Of a DNA stretch of 64,000 bases, positions 29,440 through 38,567 are shown piece after piece. A model generated the notes under the pieces. That model was not told where the DNA came from. It saw only the letters and a program-made list of their open reading frames with translations, and did no database searches. Position 1 is the first letter of the stretch. Each line of letters starts with the position of its first letter. Origin of the DNA: Candidatus Multivoradales bacterium (GTDB lineage: Bacteria > Acidobacteriota > Thermoanaerobaculia > Multivoradales > Multivoraceae). The stretch lies in NCBI GenBank assembly GCA_965223325.1, contig CBDCWI010000001.1, forward strand, positions 643,917 through 707,916, given 5' to 3'. The translations under genes were made by a program, and so were the position numbers.

Positions 29440-29520
29440 CCCCGCCTCGCCCGGGCGCTTCCCGGGCGTTTCCCGGGCAATTGCCCGGGATGGTTCTGGG
29501 ATTCCTCGGGGGTTGCACCT
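29440..29520 (+). repeat. Copy 2 of the CCCGGG-array intergenic repeat family
   Basis: cgcccgggcgcttcccgggcgtttcccgggcaattgcccgggatggttctgggattcctcggggg: four CCCGGG hexamers with an 11-bp period, then the GGTTCTGGGATT tail. It lies just 3' of the TPP-enzyme gene. Confidence 0.6.
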
Positions 29521-29539
29521 TGCGGGTGCGTGACGGCGT

Positions 29540-31165
29540 TCAGCCCAGGTTGCTCGACCTGGGGTAGGCGTCTTCGGGGTCGGTCATGACCTCGACGAGG
29601 ACTGGACCCCTCTGGTCGAACGCCCAGTCGAGGGATGGACCGACCTCGCCCGGCCGGGTCACGCGGCGGCCAGCGCCGCCGAGCGCCTCGACGACCTGGT
29701 CGTAGCGGGTCTCGGGGTCGAGCTCCGCCACCACGTGGTACCCGTAGAGCTGCTGCATCGGATGCTTCTCGAGTCCCCAGCAGCCGTTGTTGCCCATGAC
29801 AACGACGACATCGAGACCCAGGCGCGCCATGGTGTCGAATTCGGAGAGTGCAAAACCGGCGGCTCCGTCGCCCAGCATGAGCACGATCTGGCGGTCGGGA
29901 AAGGCGGTTCGAGCGCCGATCGCATAGCCCGGGCCGGTTCCGAGGCAGCCGTAGGGTCCGGGATCAAGGAAGGAGCCCGGCACGTAGCTGTCAACGTACT
30001 TTCCGGCATAGGACACGAAATCGCCGCCGTCGCCGATGACGATCGCATCGCGATCGACCCGTTGGGCGAGCTCGCCGTAGACCCGGCCGGGATGGATGGG
30101 ATCGCTGTCGGCGGTGAGAATGGCGCGCTCGGCCTCGCGCTTCTTGTGCTCTTCATCCCGCAAACGCTCGATCCATGGCTTCCTGTCAACCTTGGGTCGC
30201 GCCAGGCAAGCTTCGCGGACGTGAGCGAGTGCCCCCGCCAGGTTGCCAGCCGCACTGCCCACCAGGTCGACGTGGGTTGCGAGCCGCTCTTTGGTGTCCA
30301 TGACGTGCACGACCTCGGCGGTACCGAACTTGCCAAAACCGAGCCGGAAGTCGAGAGGCGTTCCCACGACTACCACCAGATCGGCCTCGCCAAAAGCCAC
30401 GCGACGACAACGCGAGAAGGCGTTGGCGTGGTCGGCCGCCAGCAGTCCGCGGCCGAGCCCATTCATGAAGACTGGCAGGTTGCACGCCTCGGCAATGGCA
30501 GAAAGTGCCTCTTCTCCACGCTCCCAGTAGAGATCGGCCCCCACCATGAGCACAGGACGCTCGGCCTCTGCGAGCCGCTCGGCGATAGCGTCGAGATCTC
30601 CCGGGTCGGCTGGTTGGGTCTCGAGCTCGGCCGCCTCGACACCAGCTGGCGGAGCCACCTCAGCCTGGTTGAACATGACGTCCATAGGGACGTCGAGAAA
30701 CGACGGACCACGATGAGCCCTGGCCGCCGCCAGGAGTGCCGTGCGCACCTCCTCGGGCAGCGCCGCCGTACCAGCCGAGGTCGCGGCATAGCGCGTCACA
30801 CTGTCGACGATCGGAACATGATCGAGTTCCTGCAGCGACCCTTGCCCCCAGCGCATTGCGGGCGCACGCCCACCCAACACGACGACCGGTGAACCGGTGA
30901 AATGAGCACTGGTGATCGCGCTGACACCGTTGGTGACTCCGGGGCCCGCCGTCAGCGCCGCGACCCCAGCACGGCGGCTGACTTTGGCCAGACCTTCGGC
31001 CGCGAACACGGCGCTTTGTTCGTGGCGCACGTCGACGAGCGGCAGGTCGATGGCCACCGCGCCATCGTAAAGCGGAAAGAGATGGCCGCCGGAGAGGGTG
31101 AAAACGGCGTCCGTACCGGAAGCTTTGAGGACCTCTGCGGCAAGACGCCCACCATGGGCTTTCAT
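29540..31165 (-). CDS. Thiamine-pyrophosphate-dependent enzyme, acetolactate synthase large subunit-like (IlvB/benzoylformate decarboxylase family)
   Basis: TPP_enzyme N, M and C domains. GDG..-N TPP-binding motif (LMLGDGAAGFALSEFDTMARLGLDVVVVMGNN). Start at MKAHGG. Confidence 0.8.
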   Translation of the reverse strand: MKAHGGRLAAEVLKASGTDAVFTLSGGHLFPLYDGAVAIDLPLVDVRHEQSAVFAAEGLAKVSRRAGVAALTAGPGVTNGVSAITSAHFTGSPVVVLGGRAPAMRWGQGSLQELDHVPIVDSVTRYAATSAGTAALPEEVRTALLAAARAHRGPSFLDVPMDVMFNQAEVAPPAGVEAAELETQPADPGDLDAIAERLAEAERPVLMVGADLYWERGEEALSAIAEACNLPVFMNGLGRGLLAADHANAFSRCRRVAFGEADLVVVVGTPLDFRLGFGKFGTAEVVHVMDTKERLATHVDLVGSAAGNLAGALAHVREACLARPKVDRKPWIERLRDEEHKKREAERAILTADSDPIHPGRVYGELAQRVDRDAIVIGDGGDFVSYAGKYVDSYVPGSFLDPGPYGCLGTGPGYAIGARTAFPDRQIVLMLGDGAAGFALSEFDTMARLGLDVVVVMGNNGCWGLEKHPMQQLYGYHVVAELDPETRYDQVVEALGGAGRRVTRPGEVGPSLDWAFDQRGPVLVEVMTDPEDAYPRSSNLG

Positions 31166-31516
31166 CGTCTGCGACGCGTCGGTGCTTTGGCTGGATTCTT
31201 TTTGGCTCAAGTCGGTCCCCTCGCGAGCAGTCGGCGGCGGTTTGGCTGATGACGTACAGAAGGGCGAATGTACCGCGTGTCTTCGGCGACTCCAAGGAGG
31301 TTCCTCCGAATCCCTGCTTTCTCTCTTGACCACTCCGCTCACGGACAGTACGTTGTCGGGAACTTCCTCCTAATAGCCTAGCTCTGATGTTTGCCCGTCG
31401 GTACCGTAGTGCCGACGCCTCGCGACCGTCTGGTGACCCTGCCTGTCGCCACCTTCTGTCGTGCCCGCGCGCCGTTCGCAGAGTCATCGAAATGCCAGAA
31501 CCAGAGGAGTTCACTC

Positions 31517-33064
31517 GTGGTGGATTTTCTTGCTGCCCACGCCCTGCGCATGCCGGCCCGAGCGGCGGTCGTGCTCGGAACGGAACAGCTCACTTTCGGC
31601 GATCTCGAGCGCCAATCAAACGCCCTGGCGAACGCTTTGCTCGACCTCGGCATCGAGCCGGCAGATCACGCAACGACGATCGGCTACAACAGCCTGGAGC
31701 ACTTCATCGTCAGCGCCGCGAGCCGCAAGCTGGTGCTCGTCGGCATGCCGATGAACTACCGCCTGCGGCCCGACGAAGTGCTCTACCAACTCGCACACTC
31801 CGAGACCCGCGTCGTCTTCTGCGGTCCGGAACACGTCGCGGTCGTCGACCAGGTTGCCAGTCAGTGCCCGCAGCTCGAGTTCAAGGTGACCTGGAGAGGG
31901 TCGGCTCGAACGGAGGCCGCGCTCCCTGAGGGCTGGTACGGGCTCAACGATTTGCTGGAGACCGCCAGCAGCGAACCGCCGCCAGTGGAGTCAGGACTCA
32001 CCGCGCCATCGATGAGCTACACCGCCGGCACCACCGGAAACCCAAAAGGGGCCTACCGTGCGGAAGGCACCGACCCCGGAGTCATCGCCCGCTACTCGGA
32101 GTGGTTCGGGCTCAAGCCCCTCGACGTGCACCTCGTCGCTGGGCCGCTCTACCACTCGGCGCCAGGGGCCTTCGCCGCCTTCACTCACATCTTCGGCGGT
32201 ACCAACGTGGTTCTCCCCCGTTTCGATGCAGAGGCCGCTCTGCGTGCCATCGACCGCCATCGCGTGACCACCTCGTTCATGGCCCCCATTCTGCTCAAGC
32301 GAATTACCGAGCTACCTCAGGCAACAAAAGACAAGTACGACGTCTCCAGCCTGCGCGCGGTCATCGTCGCTGCCGCACCCTGCCCCCACGAGCTCAAGAA
32401 GCGAATCGTCGCCGACCTCGGCGAGGTGCTCTTCGAGTTCTACGGCTCATCGGAGCTCGGTTTGAACACCCTCCTGCGTCCCGAAGAACAGCTCACCCAC
32501 CCCGGCTCCTGTGGACGCCCGGTCGAGGGAGTCGAGATCAAGGCTCTCGATGACGACAGTAACGAAGTCGCGACGGGCGAACCGGGAGAACTGTGGATTC
32601 GATCACCACAAGCGATCAACGAGTACTGGCAGAACGAAGAAGCCACCGAAGAGGCTCGGCGGAACGGCATGTGGAGCGTCGGCGATGTGGGCTATTTCGA
32701 TCGAGACGGCTACCTCTACATTGTCGACCGCAAGCGCGACATGATCATCTCAGGCGGCGTCAACATCTGCACCACCGAGGTCGAGAACGTCCTGCACGCA
32801 CATCCCGACGTGCGGGACGTCGTCGTGATCGGGATTCCGTCGGAGGAGTGGGGCGAGCAGGTGCATGCCGTCGTCGAAAGCCACGCCGCAGGAGACTCGG
32901 CCTGTGAAGACGAGTTGCGACGTCTCGCAGCCGAACAACTCGCCGACTTCAAGCGGCCACGATCCTTCGAGTTTCGTGATCGCCTGCCGCGCGACGAGGC
33001 GGGCAAGATCAGAAAGCGCGAGATTCGCGAACACTTCTGGCAGGGCCAGGAGCGAAGCGTGTAG
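31517..33064 (+). CDS. AMP-dependent acyl-CoA synthetase/ligase (FadD-like)
   Basis: AMP-binding motif SYTAGTTGNPKGA. YGSSE, GELWIRS, and C-terminal DRLPRDEAGKIRKRE. GTG start with RBS agaggag 8 nt upstream. Confidence 0.85.
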   Translation: MVDFLAAHALRMPARAAVVLGTEQLTFGDLERQSNALANALLDLGIEPADHATTIGYNSLEHFIVSAASRKLVLVGMPMNYRLRPDEVLYQLAHSETRVVFCGPEHVAVVDQVASQCPQLEFKVTWRGSARTEAALPEGWYGLNDLLETASSEPPPVESGLTAPSMSYTAGTTGNPKGAYRAEGTDPGVIARYSEWFGLKPLDVHLVAGPLYHSAPGAFAAFTHIFGGTNVVLPRFDAEAALRAIDRHRVTTSFMAPILLKRITELPQATKDKYDVSSLRAVIVAAAPCPHELKKRIVADLGEVLFEFYGSSELGLNTLLRPEEQLTHPGSCGRPVEGVEIKALDDDSNEVATGEPGELWIRSPQAINEYWQNEEATEEARRNGMWSVGDVGYFDRDGYLYIVDRKRDMIISGGVNICTTEVENVLHAHPDVRDVVVIGIPSEEWGEQVHAVVESHAAGDSACEDELRRLAAEQLADFKRPRSFEFRDRLPRDEAGKIRKREIREHFWQGQERSV

Positions 33065-33246
33065 CCGAGGAGACGCGGTCTCCGAGAAACCTTGTTTTTC
33101 GGCGCCGTCGTCGGCTCTCGGAGGGGTCGTCAGCCGAAGATCCATGAATTCGACTGGTAGGATCACTCTTCGCCCCTTCCCTGCATTCATCGTCCGTGAT
33201 GTGCGCCTTCCACTCTCGAAGAACGTCGTCCCGGACTCGGAACTTC

Positions 33247-34590
33247 ATGAGTTCACTTCTGCCCGGCTCGCCCTTGAGCAGTCGCCCGACCCTGCGCCCG
33301 AGCAAGCGCGAAGAGCTGCTCGATCGCTTTCACGAGACACGGCGACTGAGTGTCGAGCTCGCCCGCGCTCTGACCCCGGAACAGTGGCGCATTCAGTCGA
33401 TGCCCGACGTCAGCCCGCCGTGGTGGAACCTCGGTCATACCAGCTGGTTCTTCGCCAAGAACCTCCTCGAGCCGTTCACCGGCTTCACGATCGGTCGCGG
33501 TCTCGAGTACGTTCTGAACTCGTACTACGAAGCCCACGGCGCGCGTCTGGCGCGCAATCGGCGCGGCACCATAACCCGCCCCACCAACGAAGAGGTTCTC
33601 GACTTCCGCGACCGGGTCGACACTGCGATGGAGCGCCTGATCGAGAACTGCCGCAAGGACGACTTCGACGACATCGAGTTCCTCACCGTCACCGGGCTGC
33701 AACACGAACAACAGCACCAGGAGCTCCTGGTGACCGAGCTCAAGCACATCCTGTCCTCGGACCCGGCCCACCTGCGACTGCCCTACCCGCTGGCCAGTAC
33801 CGGCCCACCTGTTCGACGGCCAGCGACATATCGCTGGCGGCCGTTTGATGGCGGTCTGGTCGAAATCGGCGACGATGGGAGAGCGTGGGCGTGGGACAAC
33901 GAACGACCGCTGCATCGCGTCTGGCTCCAGCCTTACCGACTGGCCAACCGGCTGGTGAACGCCAACGAGTACGTCGAGTTCATCGCCGACGGCGGCTACC
34001 GGCAGCCGCTCCTCTGGCTGGCGAATGGATGGGACTTCATCCAGTCGCAGGAAGTCACTGCACCGCTGTACTGGTATCGCCACGACGAAGAATGGTGGGT
34101 TTTCGATCTGGCAGGGGATCGACCGGTTGATCCCGAAGAGCCCGTCGCTCACTTGAGCTTCTACGAGGCTTCTGCTTTTGCCGAGTGGGCGTCACAGACG
34201 CATGCGCGCTTTCGTGGGGCTCGACTGCCTACCGAACAGGAGTGGGAGCACGCGGCAAAGTCGCTGCGCCTGAGCGACGAGCACGCCAACATTCTCGAGG
34301 TCTACCGGCTGCACCCGCTACCGGCCGACTCGGAGAGCCGTGGAGAGGTGCACCAGCTCGCCGGCGATCTCTGGGAGTGGACATCGAGCCACTACGAACC
34401 GTACCCGGGCTACCGCGCCTTCGATGGTGCACTCACCGAGTACAACGGCAAGTTCATGGACAACCAGCGCGTCCTGCGCGGTGGCTCGTGCGCCACTCCG
34501 CTGGGCCACATCAGAGCCAGCTACCGCAACTTCTGGCACGCCACGACACGCTTTCAGTTCAGCGGAGTCCGGCTAGCAACCGACCGCTAG
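33247..34590 (+). CDS. EgtB-like sulfoxide synthase (DinB_2 N-domain plus FGE-sulfatase C-domain), orphan
   Basis: The N-terminal DinB_2 region aligns with EgtB (SPPWWNLGHTSWF, HEQQHQELL). The C-terminal FGE fold ends in RVLRGGSCATP...FSGVRLA. No egtD-like gene is adjacent. Confidence 0.75.
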   Translation: MSSLLPGSPLSSRPTLRPSKREELLDRFHETRRLSVELARALTPEQWRIQSMPDVSPPWWNLGHTSWFFAKNLLEPFTGFTIGRGLEYVLNSYYEAHGARLARNRRGTITRPTNEEVLDFRDRVDTAMERLIENCRKDDFDDIEFLTVTGLQHEQQHQELLVTELKHILSSDPAHLRLPYPLASTGPPVRRPATYRWRPFDGGLVEIGDDGRAWAWDNERPLHRVWLQPYRLANRLVNANEYVEFIADGGYRQPLLWLANGWDFIQSQEVTAPLYWYRHDEEWWVFDLAGDRPVDPEEPVAHLSFYEASAFAEWASQTHARFRGARLPTEQEWEHAAKSLRLSDEHANILEVYRLHPLPADSESRGEVHQLAGDLWEWTSSHYEPYPGYRAFDGALTEYNGKFMDNQRVLRGGSCATPLGHIRASYRNFWHATTRFQFSGVRLATDR

Positions 34591-34665
34591 CGGTCCTCCC
34601 GGGCGCTTCCGAGCCCTTCCCGGGCGCTTCCCGGGCAATTGACTGGGGTGAATCTGGGAAAGCTC
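34590..34665 (+). repeat. Copy 3 of the CCCGGG-array intergenic repeat family
   Basis: tcccgggcgcttccgagcccttcccgggcgcttcccgggcaattgactggggtgaatctgggaaagctcgcgg, beginning at the EgtB-like stop codon. Confidence 0.6.
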
Positions 34666-34700
34666 GCGGTGTTGGTGCCTGGTTGGCGCGCTGGCCTACA

Positions 34701-35528
34701 ATGCTCCCTCCTATGACTACCCGACGGCCCCCGACGGGGCGTTCCATCATGGCCGGCCTGGGCGGCGGCGGCCGTACTCCAGAGGATGTCTGGGTCCTCC
34801 TGGGAATCGTCTTTGCGACCTTCTCTCTGCAGTTCTTCGCCGCCACCGCACCGCTTGTCCTTGCCCTGCGCCTGACGCCGCGGTTCTGGGAGTCGTTCTT
34901 TCTGTGGCAGCCCTTCACCTATGCCTTAATGGGCACTGGCGGCGCGAGTCTGTGGATTCTTCTCGAGCTGTGGATCCTGTGGATGTTCGCGCGCGACGCG
35001 CTCGCCTCGTTGGGTCGCAAGCGCTTCTGGACGCTCCTCGTCGGCGGCTCGCTCGCAGCGGCTGCAGCCGCCCTCGCCGCACACTTCCTGACCGTACTTG
35101 CAGGCATCTCAACAGGTCCCGCCTTCGCGATCATGCAGGGACAACGAATGCTCTTGACGCTGGTGATTGCGGCCTTCGCCGTAACGCGAGCCCGCGCCAC
35201 CGTCATGCTGTTCTTCGTGCTGCCGGTCCAGGCCAAGCACTTTCTCTGGCTCGAGGTGCTCTTTGCCTTCATCGCTTTCCTGGGCACCAAAGACTTCGCC
35301 GGGTTCGTAGGGATCTGTACCGCAGTGGCCGTGACCTGGATCTGGCTGACACGGCGCTCGACCCGAGGCCTTCTGCGCGAGGCGCGCCTGCGTATCGAGC
35401 GCAAGCTCATCGAACGCAAGATGGCGAGCATGAAGAAGAAGCGTGGTTTTCGCGTCGTCGATGGCGGTCGCGAAAGCGGAACGGCGGGCGAAGGCAAGAA
35501 AGCCAACACACCACCATGGGTCAATTGA
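34701..35528 (+). CDS. Polytopic membrane protein with a weak rhomboid-like pattern and a basic C-terminal tail
   Basis: Six or seven TM helices. GTGGAS and AAHF segments are reminiscent of rhomboid Ser/His, but the motifs are degenerate. Start 34701 or 34713. Confidence 0.4.
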   Translation: MLPPMTTRRPPTGRSIMAGLGGGGRTPEDVWVLLGIVFATFSLQFFAATAPLVLALRLTPRFWESFFLWQPFTYALMGTGGASLWILLELWILWMFARDALASLGRKRFWTLLVGGSLAAAAAALAAHFLTVLAGISTGPAFAIMQGQRMLLTLVIAAFAVTRARATVMLFFVLPVQAKHFLWLEVLFAFIAFLGTKDFAGFVGICTAVAVTWIWLTRRSTRGLLREARLRIERKLIERKMASMKKKRGFRVVDGGRESGTAGEGKKANTPPWVN

Positions 35529-35568
35529 TCACCGACTAGCGTCGAGCTCGACGGGAAGAACGTTACAA

Positions 35569-36177
35569 ATGATGAATCGCGATACAGGTTGGGCAACCGT
35601 CCAGGAGTTCGTCTCCAAGGACCCGCTGCGGCGGCACATGCTGGCGGTCGAAGCGGCCATGCGCTGGTACGCCGAGCGGCTCGACGAAGACGTCGAGGAG
35701 TGGGGCCTGGCCGGCCTGCTCCACGACTTCGACTGGGAGCTGCACCCAACGCTCGAGCAACACCCACGCGACGGCGCGCCCATCCTGCGCGAACGGGGCT
35801 GTCCCGAGACCGTCGTACACGCGATCCTCGCCCACAACACCGAGGGCACCGGCGTCGAACGGAGTCGCCCGCTCGACTTCGCACTCCTCGCCTGCGACGA
35901 GATCACTGGGCTGATCTCCGCCGCGGCGCTGGTCCGGCCGAGTAAGGACATCCGTGACGTGCCACTCAAGTCGGTCAAGAAGAGGTGGAAGGCGAGGTCC
36001 TTCGCCCCCGGCGTCGACCGCGACCACGTCGAAGAGGCAACCGCTGACTTCGCCAAGCAATGCTACGGCGGAGAACTCGACCTCTGGCAGCACACCAACA
36101 ACGTGCTCGAAGCCATGCAGGGTGCGGCCGCGGCTCTCAAACTCGACGGGTCGCTCGCTCAGGCTGAACCGGCGTGA
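35569..36177 (+). CDS. HD-domain metal-dependent phosphohydrolase
   Basis: H...HD motif (GLLHDFDWELHP), downstream His (AILAHN) and Asp (ACDEI). Confidence 0.75.
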   Translation: MMNRDTGWATVQEFVSKDPLRRHMLAVEAAMRWYAERLDEDVEEWGLAGLLHDFDWELHPTLEQHPRDGAPILRERGCPETVVHAILAHNTEGTGVERSRPLDFALLACDEITGLISAAALVRPSKDIRDVPLKSVKKRWKARSFAPGVDRDHVEEATADFAKQCYGGELDLWQHTNNVLEAMQGAAAALKLDGSLAQAEPA

Positions 36178-36887
36178 CCAGGCGACCCCTGACGACAAGC
36201 GCGCGAGGCCTGGCGCTCGTCGCCGCGCTGGCGATCAACCTGCCGCTCTTCGCCCAGCAGTCGCCCGACCCCAACCAACCCCAGGGGGCCGAGCTCGCTT
36301 TCCCGAGCGACTGGAAGATCCGGCTGGACCACCCCACCGCAGTCATGCACATCGGCGACCAGGCAAGTGATGACGTGTTCTTCGTCAACATGACACCGGG
36401 GTGGCACCTGCGTAGTACGCCACCGGTGATCGCCTGGCACCCGGGTCTCCTCGCCGGCGGCACCTACCGGGTAACCGCCGACATCCATCTCTTCGATCCC
36501 GATGGCAGCAACCGAGGCTTCGGCATTCTCTTCGGTGGCCAACAACTCGAGCGCCCCGAAAGGGCGATCTTCGACGTGTTTCTGATTCGCAATACCGGCG
36601 AGTATCGCCTCGAGGGCCACAACTCGCGGCTCATCGAAACGATCGCCGACTGGAGCGACGCACCTTCGGTTCGACCGTTCACCGACGCCACCGACGGTAG
36701 CGTCCTCAATGCAATTTCGATGGACGTCGGGCCAGAGATCGTGCGCTTCGAGGTCAACGACGAGCTCGTCGCCGAGCTGCCGCGCAACGAAGTCAACACC
36801 GAAGGCTACGTCGGCCTGCGGGTCGAGGGCTTTCTCAACCTACACATCTCCGACCTGCGCATCGTCCCCAGCAGCGCGTCGCCCTAG
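36174..36887 (+). CDS. Secreted protein of unknown function (possible DUF1080 / jelly-roll glycoside-hydrolase-like fold)
   Basis: Signal peptide MTRRPLTTSARGLALVAALAINLPLFAQQ. GTG start overlaps the HD gene stop (GTGA). Beta-rich composition. Confidence 0.45.
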   Translation: MTRRPLTTSARGLALVAALAINLPLFAQQSPDPNQPQGAELAFPSDWKIRLDHPTAVMHIGDQASDDVFFVNMTPGWHLRSTPPVIAWHPGLLAGGTYRVTADIHLFDPDGSNRGFGILFGGQQLERPERAIFDVFLIRNTGEYRLEGHNSRLIETIADWSDAPSVRPFTDATDGSVLNAISMDVGPEIVRFEVNDELVAELPRNEVNTEGYVGLRVEGFLNLHISDLRIVPSSASP

Positions 36888-36898
36888 GAGCTCGCCCC

Positions 36899-37987
36899 TC
36901 AAGTGACTCGGCGACGACGGTTCCTGATGTAGTCGGCGAAGACGAACTCGCTCAGGTTGTGCGGCGACGCGAAGTAGGCTCGACCGCGGTTGATGCGCGT
37001 CATCTTCTCGACGAAGTCCACCAGGCTCGGGTCGGTCGCCACCATGAAGGTCGTGATCACCACCTTCTGCCGGCGACACTGCTCGGCCTCTTCGAGAGTC
37101 TTGTTGACAATCCGCAGGTCGAGGCTCCAGGGGTTCTTGTAGACCCCTGAGCCGTCGCGGATGGCGGTCGGATGACCATCTGTGATCAGGAAGATCTGTT
37201 TGTTGCGGTGACGACAACGGCCGAGGAGCTGACGCCCCAGCTGCAGCGCATCTGAGGTGTTGGTGTGGTACGGCCCGGCCTGGAGCGTGGCGATCTCCGA
37301 CAGCTCGATTGGCTCGGCCTGGTCGCCGAACGACGCGACCTCGAGATGGTCGCGCGGATACTTCTCGCGGATCAACTCGGTCAGCGCAAGGGCGACCTTC
37401 TTGGCCGGCGTCAACCGGTCTTCGCCGTAGTAGACCATCGAGTACGAAACGTCGATCGCCACCATCGTCGCACTGGTGGTCATGAACTCGGTTTCCTGGA
37501 CCTCGAAATCTTCAGCGCCAAGCTCGATGCGCCCCTTGTTACGACGCAGAGAGTTGGTGACCGAACGCATCGGATCAATGCGGTGAAGCTCATCACCAAA
37601 GCGGTAGCGCCGCGTCTCGGGCAGCGCCTCACCACCATCTCCGGGACTCGTCGTGGTGTGTTGGCCGGCACCGGAGCGCGCCAGACCGTTCCAGATCTCC
37701 TCGAACGCCGAGCGGCGAATACGCCGCTGACCAACGGCCGACAGCACCAGTTTGCCGTTTGCAGCGCGGGTTACCGTCTCGTCATCCTCGAGAGAAGCGA
37801 GAAACGCGTCGAGATCGACGGTCGGATCGAGGTGTCCCGCCGCCTGCAGTTGCCGCATCCACTCGAGTGCCTGCTCGGGGTCACCACCAGCCATCATCAC
37901 CAGGTCGTTCCACAACCGAGTCAGATCGAGGCCAGCCAGTGCAGCTTTGATGACTTCGGGGTCGAGATAGCCGTAGCGATGCCGCAT
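36899..37987 (-). CDS. VWA-domain protein (CoxE-like), with no adjacent MoxR AAA+ partner
   Basis: MIDAS motif DVSYSM, then ...T..AL..A and a D...G.T acidic patch. Start chosen at MRHRYGYLDPE, because the upstream 119 aa of the six-frame ORF are Arg-rich and look non-coding. Confidence 0.7.
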   Translation of the reverse strand: MRHRYGYLDPEVIKAALAGLDLTRLWNDLVMMAGGDPEQALEWMRQLQAAGHLDPTVDLDAFLASLEDDETVTRAANGKLVLSAVGQRRIRRSAFEEIWNGLARSGAGQHTTTSPGDGGEALPETRRYRFGDELHRIDPMRSVTNSLRRNKGRIELGAEDFEVQETEFMTTSATMVAIDVSYSMVYYGEDRLTPAKKVALALTELIREKYPRDHLEVASFGDQAEPIELSEIATLQAGPYHTNTSDALQLGRQLLGRCRHRNKQIFLITDGHPTAIRDGSGVYKNPWSLDLRIVNKTLEEAEQCRRQKVVITTFMVATDPSLVDFVEKMTRINRGRAYFASPHNLSEFVFADYIRNRRRRVT

Positions 37988-38015
37988 GAGAGCAGTATAA
38001 GGACCGCCGGCTGGC

Positions 38016-38501
38016 TCACGCGTCGTTGCGGCCGCGCCGCCATTCACTTTCCCAGACGTCGACCTGCTGGCGGAGCCAGGCGCGGATCTCATCACGCGCG
38101 GCGACGAACGCCTGGCGGCGTGCGCGTTCGTCGCCCTCTGCATTCGAGGGATCACGGAACGCGTGGTGCAGATTCCGCACGCGCGCCGGCAGGTACGGGC
38201 ACGCCTCGCGTGCGTCGTCACACACGGTGACCACGATGTCCGCAATGGGCTCCCCGCCACCCCGCTGCGCAACCAGTTCGGCGATGGTCTTCGAAGTCTG
38301 GGTGGAGGTATCGATCCCGAGTTCCTCGAGAACCGCGGCGGCAAGTGGTTTGACTCGCGTCGCTTCGGTGCCGGCCGACAACGCTTCGAAACGCTCGCCG
38401 AAGTCGTGCCGCAAGAGTCCCTCGGCCAACTGCGAGCGGGCGGAGTTGTGGGTGCACAAAAAGAGCACCACAGGAACCTCTCGCGCCACCTTCCCGGTCA
38501 T
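38016..38501 (-). CDS. arsC: Arsenate reductase, LMW-PTP family (thioredoxin-coupled ArsC) with a C-terminal extension
   Basis: P-loop VLFLCTHNSARSQLAEG (CX5R). Second and third Cys (CDDAREAC). 161 aa, against the usual 130-140. Confidence 0.8.
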   Translation of the reverse strand: MTGKVAREVPVVLFLCTHNSARSQLAEGLLRHDFGERFEALSAGTEATRVKPLAAAVLEELGIDTSTQTSKTIAELVAQRGGGEPIADIVVTVCDDAREACPYLPARVRNLHHAFRDPSNAEGDERARRQAFVAARDEIRAWLRQQVDVWESEWRRGRNDA

Positions 38502-38567
38502 CGGTGGATCGATCATCAGTCGAAACCTACCGCACACACCGAGCGCTCTGTACGGCATGATAGGCCG

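Noticed and set aside
29470-29520. Sigma-54 type -24/-12 promoter within repeat copy 2 (TGGGATTCCTCGGGGGTTGCA)
   Set aside because: The GG-to-GC spacing is about 15 nt, not the required 10, so it does not fit the TGGCAC-N5-TTGCW geometry.
13497-34665. Whether the three CCCGGG-array elements constitute a CRISPR array or an IS/MITE
   Set aside because: The copies are 16-20 kb apart, have no unique spacers at a regular period, and have no flanking target-site duplications or terminal inverted repeats that I can see. I classed them as an intergenic repeat family instead.
37988-38344. Arg-rich 119-aa N-terminal extension of the VWA ORF, overlapping arsC on the same strand in another frame
   Set aside because: The composition (RRARTCRRACG...) looks like non-coding GC-rich sequence, and arsC clearly occupies this region. 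The VWA start was placed at Met 37987.
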